Shown here: one piece after another, positions 9,833 to 17,353 of the stretch | Layout: each line of letters starts with the position of its first letter | How positions within the stretch are numbered: position 1 is the first letter of the stretch | Source of the DNA: Candidatus Adlerbacteria bacterium | Lineage (GTDB): Bacteria; Patescibacteriota; Minisyncoccia; Phycocordibacterales; SBAW01 | Assembly: GCA_963749085.1 (NCBI GenBank) | Contig: CAVVLG010000004.1 | Location: 1 to 52,669 of the forward strand | Direction of reading: 5' to 3' | Length of the DNA stretch: 52,669 nt | The notes under the pieces: generated by a model | Told to the model about the DNA's origin: nothing | Databases searched by the model: none | The model's input: the letters and a program-made list of their open reading frames with translations, nothing else | Position numbers and translations under genes: made by a program

Positions 9833-10402
9833 ATGAAAAGAGAAATTGCTCTCCAAAATAAAAAGGTCACCTACACCCTCCGGAAGAGCAAGCGAGCAAG
9901 GCGAATGCGCCTTGCAGTGTATTGTGACGGCACGATAGTTGTGACTACGCCATTTGATCTAAAAGAGATGGTTGCGGAGCGGTTTATCCGAGAAAAAAGC
10001 CATTGGCTTTTTTCAAAGATTGCCTTTTTCAAACAATTTAAAGGTCAGGCGATCGCGCGGTATAGCCAGAAGGATTATCTGAAATACAAAAATGATGCAT
10101 ATGAGCTTGCGGTTGAGCGAGTCAATCATTTCAACAAGCCGCACAAATTTAATTTCAATCGGATCAATATTAAAAATCAAAAGACACGCTGGGGCAGTTG
10201 CTCCAGAAAGGGCAACCTCAATTTCAACTATAAGATTGCCCTTTTGCCGCAACCCCTATCGGATTATATTATCGTCCACGAGCTTTGCCATCTAAGAGAA
10301 TTTAATCATTCTAAAAGCTTCTGGAAACTCGTCGCAAAAGTGATTCCGGAGTATGTTGAGATACGAAGCGAGCTTAAAAAGAGCGGGGTGAGTTTTTACT
10401 AG
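9833..10402 (+). CDS. YgjP-like (DUF45) zinc metallopeptidase-fold protein
   Basis: 189 aa. It starts 2 nt after the hsdR stop. HExxH motif in IIVHELCHLREFNHSKSFW, and RWGSCS upstream, as in the YgjP/SprT-like family. Confidence 0.8.
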   Translation: MKREIALQNKKVTYTLRKSKRARRMRLAVYCDGTIVVTTPFDLKEMVAERFIREKSHWLFSKIAFFKQFKGQAIARYSQKDYLKYKNDAYELAVERVNHFNKPHKFNFNRINIKNQKTRWGSCSRKGNLNFNYKIALLPQPLSDYIIVHELCHLREFNHSKSFWKLVAKVIPEYVEIRSELKKSGVSFY

Positions 10403-10411
10403 ACAAACTTT

Positions 10412-11110
10412 ATGAAAAACAAGGACGGATTATGGAAACTAAGCCCAAGCGGGCTGTATAAATACTCGGAATGCCAGTCGTGTTTTTGGGTTGATAATCA
10501 GTATAAGAAAGCGCCGATGTTGCCCCTGTTACTTAACTCAGCGATGGATTCCATTTTGAAGAGCCGCTATGACCAGTTTAGGGCTGAGGGCTTGTTTCCG
10601 CCCGAAGCGTCGGAACTTGTACAAGAAGAAATCAAACCCTTCGCCAATCTCGAGCTATTAAACGAATGGCGGAGTAGCTTGAACGCGTTAAAAGTCACTA
10701 ATAAAACTGCCGGATATGAACTGGTAGGAAAAATCGACGATGTATTAGTCGAGAAGGATGGGAAATTGGTTCCGGCAGACTATAAATCATCCGGCAACCC
10801 GCCTGCAGAGGACAAACAGAAATATTATCGCGACCAACTCGCCGCATATGGTTTTATGTTCCGGCACCACGGTCATAAAGTTTCAGACCGCGCATACCTC
10901 CTCCATTATTTTCCGAAAGATAAAAATGACCCGTCGCTTGCGGTCATGTTTAGTGCCCATGTTGATAAGGTGGATATCGGCTCGATAGATATAGAGCAAA
11001 AACTTATCGACATGGTAGCGCTTCTCGATAGTCCGTATCCGGGCCACAATCCGGATTGCAACACCTGCTCGTACCATGACGGAAGGAGAGGGGTTGCTGT
11101 GAGTGCATAG
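10412..11110 (+). CDS. Cas4-like PD-(D/E)xK nuclease family protein with N- and C-terminal CxxC pairs
   Basis: 232 aa. GKIDDVLVEKDGKLVPADYKSS (D...D-x-K) and YRDQLAAYGF (QxxxY). Cysteines at ECQSC and DCNTC could ligate a metal or Fe-S cluster. Confidence 0.6.
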   Translation: MKNKDGLWKLSPSGLYKYSECQSCFWVDNQYKKAPMLPLLLNSAMDSILKSRYDQFRAEGLFPPEASELVQEEIKPFANLELLNEWRSSLNALKVTNKTAGYELVGKIDDVLVEKDGKLVPADYKSSGNPPAEDKQKYYRDQLAAYGFMFRHHGHKVSDRAYLLHYFPKDKNDPSLAVMFSAHVDKVDIGSIDIEQKLIDMVALLDSPYPGHNPDCNTCSYHDGRRGVAVSA

Positions 11111-11132
11111 ATTTGGAGGTAAAATAATAGAT

Positions 11133-11264
11133 ATGGACGAAGAACTCTTCGAACTAGCAAAAGAGAACGACCTCACACTCGATGAGGCGCAGGAGGTTCA
11201 AGATCTTGCCGATGAGACGGGGCTGGATTTAGAAGAAGCCTTGGAGCTCTGGCAGGAACAATAA
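11133..11264 (+). CDS. Small, highly acidic 43-aa protein (paralogue of 32855-32989)
   Basis: GGAGGT lies 12 nt upstream of the ATG. It translates to MDEELFELAKENDLTLDEAQEVQDLADETGLDLEEALELWQEQ, with 17 of 43 residues D/E. It is below the ORF-track cutoff and was found by reading the sequence. Confidence 0.4.
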   Translation: MDEELFELAKENDLTLDEAQEVQDLADETGLDLEEALELWQEQ

Positions 11265-11316
11265 TCTACTTTAAAATTTGAATGACCGAGAGGCTTTAAT
11301 CGCGAGGGCTTTTATA

Positions 11317-11775
11317 TCAGAATTTTATTTTTGCCGCTTTCCACCGCGCTTCCGGTGATTTGTACAACTTTGAACGAGCAAGTCGTGCGTCTTCTTCATG
11401 CGTAATTACAGCGACCTTCCATTTCGTATCACAAAGCTTGTCCATCCAGGACTTGGTTAGTTTTCGGTGTACAAATGCCTCGAGAATGAGGCGAGCAAAT
11501 CCGCGTCTCGGTGTGCCATGTTCAATGCGCAGATAGTGGCCATATTTCAGCTTGGGGTTTGTCTTCTTTGCTTTTATGGCGGCTTTCGACCATAGTTTAA
11601 ATTGGTCTGCGTGGTCGGGATTGGTTGTACCCATAATCCGGTCTTTGGCATAAATGTTGGCACCAAGCTCCAAGGGACGAATAGCAATATTTTCTGTACA
11701 CCCTGCATCGCGGAGTTCATTCACGTGACGACACAGAATCTTTAACTGTTTGATCGTGATTGTGTTTTTGCTCAT
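11317..11775 (-). CDS. Hypothetical protein
   Basis: The ORF is open to 11808. The internal ATG at 11775 (MSKNTITIKQ...) is the likelier start. It is divergent from 11908-12660. No family was recognised; LRIEHGTPRR and VITHEEDARL are the only notable strings. Confidence 0.5.
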   Translation of the reverse strand: MSKNTITIKQLKILCRHVNELRDAGCTENIAIRPLELGANIYAKDRIMGTTNPDHADQFKLWSKAAIKAKKTNPKLKYGHYLRIEHGTPRRGFARLILEAFVHRKLTKSWMDKLCDTKWKVAVITHEEDARLARSKLYKSPEARWKAAKIKF

Positions 11776-11907
11776 ATGTGGGATTCCCTTCGTCCAGCTT
11801 ACCACCATTGGATTGAGAATGATCGGTCCTGGCTACAAGGACATTTGTCCCTCAAGACCGAGTGGATTCGGCAGCCCAGCATTTTTTATATATACTAGTG
11901 TCGACCT

Positions 11908-12660
11908 ATGAAAGATTTTGAGAACCACAAAATGCGTAAGCTTGAGCCGGGCGATTTGATAGATGATAATACCCCCGCAAAGAAATTGGAACTGCCGGGC
12001 TTCTTTCTCGTTCTGGCGTGTATCTTTAACGATCTCAAGGGTATGACGATGCTGCATCGCATGCGGACGGAAATATATAGAACGCCAGAGAAGGATGAAG
12101 TAAGTGAACATACCGGAGAATATAATGGCATCACACTTCAGCTACATAAAAATATCATAGGCATAATCCACGAGGCTTTGCGGTTTGTGAGCGAAAACGA
12201 GGCAATAATTCAGAGCCCAGAGTTTAAACAGTATGAAAATAAAATGTCCCAACAAAGCAAGGAGGTATGGGCGTTAGTAGTGAGTGTTGCAACGGGCAAA
12301 CAGACCCCTCCAAAATATGAAGTGTTGGGTAAAATTCTTTCGCAAATCAGAAGTAATGCATCATTCCATTACTACCACTCCGCAGCCCCTTTGATAACAG
12401 GATTTCGTGACCATTTCTATAAGGAGAAAGAGCACGGTGCTCACAAGATGGCATATTATTCTGCAACCCAAACTGATCCCACGGTGACCCGTTACTACTA
12501 CGCGGATGCTGCTCTCGAGGGTTACATACTGAAGTGTCTCAGCCCAGCGGGCAGTACTCCAAAAGAAGGTTTTGATGAGATTTTTAAATTATCTTCACTC
12601 ATTGGCAAAGCTATTGTTGAATTACTTAACCAGTATCATGCTTCAAAGCCGAACAGATAG
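11908..12660 (+). CDS. Hypothetical all-alpha protein with a HEPN-like R-x5-H motif
   Basis: 250 aa. LSQIRSNASFHYYH fits the loose Rx4-6H HEPN signature. No other family was recognised. Confidence 0.5.
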   Translation: MKDFENHKMRKLEPGDLIDDNTPAKKLELPGFFLVLACIFNDLKGMTMLHRMRTEIYRTPEKDEVSEHTGEYNGITLQLHKNIIGIIHEALRFVSENEAIIQSPEFKQYENKMSQQSKEVWALVVSVATGKQTPPKYEVLGKILSQIRSNASFHYYHSAAPLITGFRDHFYKEKEHGAHKMAYYSATQTDPTVTRYYYADAALEGYILKCLSPAGSTPKEGFDEIFKLSSLIGKAIVELLNQYHASKPNR

Positions 12661-12687
12661 TGGATATAAAATGAAATAATAATTTCT

Positions 12688-13779
12688 GTGAGCGAACTAC
12701 ATCTCAAACCCAACCAGTATTATTCAGACCTCTACGATAAACACACCGTTGAGCAATGCCGGTGGTGGGAAGACCATATACCCACTATCGAGGACTTAAA
12801 AAAGGATAGCAAACACAAGAAGCTAGATGAAAAGGAATTGCTCCGCACGTCTCATGCCTTCAACAACGTACACATGTATTTTATTAAGGGCGAACGATAC
12901 CTTAAAAAAGAGGAGACGATAAAGGAGTGGATGGAGAGAGACAGGAAGAGGGACGAACTTTTTGAAACCGCCGAAGCTCCTTCCAGTATCACTTGTCTTA
13001 CGTGTGGGCGATTAATGTTTGTGACTCATAAGCACCTTGAGTTTGGAGGAGTGGATGAGCATGAGCGCGCCCTATTCATGTATGACTGTCCGCTTGACCA
13101 TCTCCCGCGCCGCGCTTTTTATAACAACGGAGAAGAGTTCAGACACAAACCGCCCGCATGCTCGGAATGTGGGGCTTCCGTTGTCGAGAGTGACAAAAAG
13201 AAAGCTAAGAAATTGATCATAACGAGGAAGTGCACGCGGTGTGGCTACGTTGAGACAAGTGAGCTTGATTTGAGTCCCACGAAACTGAAGAAAGAGGAGG
13301 TTGACCCGAACTTTGATAGAGACCGGCAACGCTTCTGCCTTTCGGAAAAAGAGGGACAGGATTTTATCCAAGGCAAAGAAAATATCAAACGGATGTCCAA
13401 ATTAATGGATGATATCGAGGACAGGAAGAAAAATAAGAAGGTATACGATAAGGTGGAAAAACTGAAGAAACTCAAAATCACGGAGCTTGAGGCACTACTT
13501 GCCCCCGTGTTGGAGAAATCGGGGTACATAAAACTCCAATTCAAAAATCCTGAAATCACAAAAGACGTAATTCTGCCTTTTATCATCTATGACCAAAAAG
13601 CAGACCGGGAAGGCCGGGCCAGTACATACGAGCTGGAGAAGCTGCTTAGAAAAACTCTCAAAGATACTAATTGGCGACTCATGAGCGACGGCACCAATTA
13701 TCGCCTCGGCATGCTTGAGGGAAGACTACGAGGGTACGAGCGAGAAGAGGATTTGCTTAAACTCGTGCAAACGCCTTGA
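12688..13779 (+). CDS. Hypothetical multi-zinc-ribbon protein
   Basis: 363 aa with a GTG start, 27 nt after the previous stop. Three cysteine pairs (CLTCG, CSECG, CTRCG) and a Lys/Glu-rich coiled segment. Confidence 0.55.
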   Translation: MSELHLKPNQYYSDLYDKHTVEQCRWWEDHIPTIEDLKKDSKHKKLDEKELLRTSHAFNNVHMYFIKGERYLKKEETIKEWMERDRKRDELFETAEAPSSITCLTCGRLMFVTHKHLEFGGVDEHERALFMYDCPLDHLPRRAFYNNGEEFRHKPPACSECGASVVESDKKKAKKLIITRKCTRCGYVETSELDLSPTKLKKEEVDPNFDRDRQRFCLSEKEGQDFIQGKENIKRMSKLMDDIEDRKKNKKVYDKVEKLKKLKITELEALLAPVLEKSGYIKLQFKNPEITKDVILPFIIYDQKADREGRASTYELEKLLRKTLKDTNWRLMSDGTNYRLGMLEGRLRGYEREEDLLKLVQTP

Positions 13780-13867
13780 AATAGCCCCTGTTGGTAACCC
13801 CCTTCGCAACCCCTCATTTCTAAGTTAAGGTGCTGAGTGGTAGCTCTAAGGTGCTATCATAAAGTTC

Positions 13868-14068
13868 TACAATTGAATACCAAGCGAGTAGCCTAAACCG
13901 CCCAAAACGGCATGGTGAAAGTGAGACAAGCCCTGTGACGACAAGAGAACCCATCGTGGGGTAGTCGTCACAGGCCGTATCTGGAAACGGATACGCCAGC
14001 GCAAGCTGGAGCCCCGCGGTGGGCTCTCTCGTATCTGCCGCAGGGTATTACCCAATTTATCCGGCGGT
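13868..14068 (+). promoter_or_regulatory. Promoter-like TACAAT plus ~190-nt structured 5' leader (copy A of a three-member RNA family)
   Basis: TACAAT at 13868-13873. Then, in order: CCUAAAC-hairpin-CAUGG; an 11-bp hairpin (CCUGUGACGAC/GUCGUCACAGG) with apical GAACCC; an 8-bp hairpin capped by GAAA; a CCAGC-GCAA-GCUGG hairpin; GGGCUC. Copies at 26771-26981(-) and 46020-46207(+) have the same block order. Confidence 0.6.
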
Positions 14069-15007
14069 ATGGAAACTCAATATAAATCGTTTAATGGCAT
14101 CCGTAAGTCTTTTGAAAAGCATCCGGTCTGGGGCTCGGTCATCGTGGTCGGTATTTTAGTTTTGTTGGTAAGTATGTTCTCTGGCTCCGGCTCAAGCGGC
14201 AACCAAGGTTCTACCTACGCCGCCAGTGTTCCAACGAGTATCTGCGACACCGACGCGCAGACGCTCAAACAGCAGGCCCAAAAAGTCAGCTACAAACAGC
14301 TCGACAAAGACCCCGGTAGTTTTAGCGGCACCATTGCCACCTTCACAGGGCAGATAGTGCAAATTGAGCAAAGCGGTAACGAGGGCATCATGCGCCTCTC
14401 GGTTACCAAGGAGTCCTACGGCTGGAGCCTCAGCGATATTATCTACGTTACGTATCACCAAGCCACTAATGCCGTCGACGGCGACGTGGTCACCGTTACT
14501 GGTACGCTTACAGGTAGCCAGACCTACACTTCCCAAGCAAACTTCCAAATCACTATACCAAGCCTAGATGTCTGCTCTGTACAGATGGGAGTGGCAAAGT
14601 CGGTCCCTGCCGCGCCGGTCAAAAAGACCACCACCCCCACACCTGCGCCGCAACAAACCTACACCACTCCGAGCGGTGCGGTTGTAGGCAATAGTGGTAA
14701 CGTCGTGAGTCAGCCACCCGCGCCTCCGGCATCGTGGCATATCGTTGCGACCTATAGCGGCCAGACGCAGAAGAACACCTCCACGTTTGTCATACAAGGT
14801 TCGCAGTGGCGCATTACCTGGCAGGAGACGGGTGACGGCTACTTTGGCGCAGACGCTGAGAGTCCCGATGGGAGCGGCAGTTATTGCTCCATCGCAAACC
14901 TCGTCGGCGCAGGTTCCGACTCAACGTATTGCTACAAGCCAGGAACCTACTACCTCTCGGTCAATACCGCTAACCCTTGGACGATGACGGTTGAGGACTA
15001 CTACTAG
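14069..15007 (+). CDS. Membrane-anchored / exported protein (paralogue of 25778-26770)
   Basis: 312 aa. N-terminal TM/signal segment (VWGSVIVVGILVLLVSMF), Ser/Gly spacer, a globular domain, a Pro/Thr linker with TYTTPSGAVVGNSGNVVSQPPAPPASWH, and a C-terminal domain ending VEDYY. Confidence 0.8.
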   Translation: METQYKSFNGIRKSFEKHPVWGSVIVVGILVLLVSMFSGSGSSGNQGSTYAASVPTSICDTDAQTLKQQAQKVSYKQLDKDPGSFSGTIATFTGQIVQIEQSGNEGIMRLSVTKESYGWSLSDIIYVTYHQATNAVDGDVVTVTGTLTGSQTYTSQANFQITIPSLDVCSVQMGVAKSVPAAPVKKTTTPTPAPQQTYTTPSGAVVGNSGNVVSQPPAPPASWHIVATYSGQTQKNTSTFVIQGSQWRITWQETGDGYFGADAESPDGSGSYCSIANLVGAGSDSTYCYKPGTYYLSVNTANPWTMTVEDYY

Positions 15008-16935
15008 TATCCGCGGAAGCGGCGCCGCGCCTCCTCCTGGTTAAGCTGCTGCGCGTGGCGCTGAGACTGTTTATGCCAGGCCAACATATTTGCATCTTGT
15101 GGTTTCATGCCCTCCCGGATTGACTTCTGCTTAAGTTCTTCCAAATCAGGGTCCAGTTGCTTAGGCAGTTTGAATGGCTCCAGCGATTGATTCACGTCCT
15201 GCAGCATAACCAAAGCGGCGTGGCCACTGCGCGACAACTCTTGTTTTTTTCTGAGTACACCGTCTGCCTCAGCCTCCGTCGCCGGTCCTTGCGGGGGAGG
15301 AGGCAGGGACTTGTTTGGGATGGTGAACTTTCCCGTAAGACGGTCGCGGATTTCCGAGTACGCAAACCACAGAGCCATCAGGCTGTCTCCCGTGTGTCCG
15401 TCGGGGAACGCCCGCAACTCATTTACCAGCTGTGACACGAGGCGGCGAGTGCGCGGATCTTTGGCACTAAAGGGTAGTATTATTTTATGCTGTTCGAAGA
15501 GGATGGCAATCGCTGTGACGCCGATGGCGGAGTCGAACTTTTCCTTCCCTGTTTTGAAACTCGTCACCGGCACCCCCAGGTCCTTGAGTTCCTGATACAT
15601 CAACTCTTGCATGCCGTTCGTCTCGACCCGCACGGCCGTCAGGTTGATTCCAATACGGGCGGCTAGATTTCTCGTCTCGTTCGGCGAGAACTTGCCCCGG
15701 TGGATCTGGCGCAGCACGTAGTCGCCATCATTGGTACCAAGTGCTTTCGATCCGTGCCGCACGCGGTCGAGTACGAGGAGCGCCGAGTCATCGCCCCACG
15801 CCTCAAGCGACGCCGCAAGGTCGAGACCGCCTACCTCATAGTCCACGTCGAACTCAGGACGCTTCTCGTCTTGCAATACAAAGTCCTTGCCCTTACCAAG
15901 CGCTATCTCAATATCTTTCTCGGAGAACTTTTGGTTTGGCCTGATGGTAGGGTCGCACATGTACATCCGGGCGAACGAGAATGGATCGGAGATGCGTATG
16001 AGGTACAGATTCTCATACGAAAAGCGCTCGGGCCAGAGAACCTCGACGCCCCGATCCATCTCCGCGCGATGTTCCTCGCGGAATGCCATCGCTTTGTTTA
16101 CTCTCTCCTCTGGGGTCAGGGACTCATCAAGGTGGATATTAGACCACTGGTCCCACAGGTCGCGGCGCACCGATTCGTGCTGGATGGCCGCGAGGCGTTT
16201 TTTAACTTGGAACTGCGGGTCCTTGAGGAGTTCACTCATCAGGTCGTCCTCGTGCCACGGCGTGCCGATCACGATGACGCGGCCCCCCGGCGGCACCAGA
16301 GTCGGCAGAAGCGACTGGCGAAAAAAATCCTTGACCTTCTGGCGCTGTTCCTCACTGGCGCTATTTTCTTGCGTACATACATCATCGACAATGATGAGGT
16401 CGGAGCGCCGTGAAAGCACGGGGCCAAAGAGACCTGCGGCTTCAATGGTCGCATCGCGCATGGCGATAGTGTCACGCTCGATGGTAATAGAGTTTGCCGT
16501 CCAGTTCTCGTCGCGGTTCTGCCTTGCCCGGCGGCGCGGCCTCACGCCGATGCGCATCTCGTCGATTATTTTTGCCCACGCCCGATACCGGGGGTTGCGC
16601 TCAACAATATCAATAATGGCGCCGAGAGACTTTTGCGACAGTTCGCCCGTGCTCGAAACCAAGAGAATACGGATATTGTGATTAAGTGCCATCGCCCATG
16701 CGGGGAGTGCTATAGCCAAATGATTGGTCTTGCCGTGACCGCGCGAAACGGCGACCGCGATATTTTTCATGTACGGGTTCGACAAATACCCGTCAATTTC
16801 GTCGTGGAAGCCCGCGTTCTCCTGCTCAAAACTCATGATCTCGGAGGCGAAGACGGGCAGGCTCTCGGCTGCAAGCCCGCACAAGGCAAGCACTTCTTCG
16901 AACTGTTTGCGTTTTTTTGCGCTAATTTTAGCCAT
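15004..16935 (-). CDS. terL: Phage-type terminase large subunit
   Basis: 643 aa. Walker A SRGHGKT, Walker B LIIVDD, coupling motif GTPWHEDDL, and a C-terminal RNase-H-like nuclease region (GGLDLAAS...). Its stop overlaps the convergent gene stop in CTAG (15004-15007). Confidence 0.85.
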   Translation of the reverse strand: MAKISAKKRKQFEEVLALCGLAAESLPVFASEIMSFEQENAGFHDEIDGYLSNPYMKNIAVAVSRGHGKTNHLAIALPAWAMALNHNIRILLVSSTGELSQKSLGAIIDIVERNPRYRAWAKIIDEMRIGVRPRRRARQNRDENWTANSITIERDTIAMRDATIEAAGLFGPVLSRRSDLIIVDDVCTQENSASEEQRQKVKDFFRQSLLPTLVPPGGRVIVIGTPWHEDDLMSELLKDPQFQVKKRLAAIQHESVRRDLWDQWSNIHLDESLTPEERVNKAMAFREEHRAEMDRGVEVLWPERFSYENLYLIRISDPFSFARMYMCDPTIRPNQKFSEKDIEIALGKGKDFVLQDEKRPEFDVDYEVGGLDLAASLEAWGDDSALLVLDRVRHGSKALGTNDGDYVLRQIHRGKFSPNETRNLAARIGINLTAVRVETNGMQELMYQELKDLGVPVTSFKTGKEKFDSAIGVTAIAILFEQHKIILPFSAKDPRTRRLVSQLVNELRAFPDGHTGDSLMALWFAYSEIRDRLTGKFTIPNKSLPPPPQGPATEAEADGVLRKKQELSRSGHAALVMLQDVNQSLEPFKLPKQLDPDLEELKQKSIREGMKPQDANMLAWHKQSQRHAQQLNQEEARRRFRGY

Positions 16936-16939
16936 ATAG

Positions 16940-17353
16940 TTATGTCTTGCGTTTAGATTTCTTTACAAGGTACGGAGCGAGCATGGCGCGGGTCTTTGGC
17001 TTGAGCGTGGCAAAGAGCTGCAGGATTGTTTCGCCGTCCTCATCCTTCGCCAACGCCGCGCCCACCTGCATGAGGCGCGGGCTGAACGCGGGATGCCGGT
17101 GCGTGAGCCAGAACTTTGTCATCTCATCGTCGCGGTCTTTAACGCCCATAATCACGTTTGACTCCGCGGCGTCGTTTACGAGTTGCACGCCCTCATCTAC
17201 CGCGGCGTCGGCGGCCTTCGCAAATTTCTGATCGCCCTGCCGCCAGCGGTAGTAGCGGCTTTTGCTGATGCCGGTCTTGCGGCACGCCGCCAACACGATG
17301 TGGTTTTCTTTAAGGGCTTCGAGGAAGCGCTTTTTGTCTTTTGCAGTGGTCAT
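16940..17353 (-). CDS. Terminase small-subunit-like HTH protein
   Basis: 137 aa, immediately upstream of terL and overlapping the preceding gene by 4 nt. N-terminal HTH-like LAACRKTGISKSRYYRWRQ. Confidence 0.55.
   Translation of the reverse strand: MTTAKDKKRFLEALKENHIVLAACRKTGISKSRYYRWRQGDQKFAKAADAAVDEGVQLVNDAAESNVIMGVKDRDDEMTKFWLTHRHPAFSPRLMQVGAALAKDEDGETILQLFATLKPKTRAMLAPYLVKKSKRKT

Noticed and set aside
13880-14030. The leader might be a known riboswitch. I considered c-di-GMP-I, because of CCUAAAC and GCAAGCC strings, and the purine class, because of GUGGAUAUGGCA in copy C.
   Set aside because: The order and number of helices do not match either class as I remember them. The shared strings are explained by a generic tetraloop-receptor and by GNRA hairpins. 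GUGGAUAUGGCA is not conserved in copies A and B. A proper cmscan is still needed.
13867-14055. 62-aa minus-strand ORF inside leader copy A, and similar short ORFs inside copies B and C
   Set aside because: The region is conserved as paired RNA helices with compensatory changes, not as a protein. The three copies do not share an ORF.
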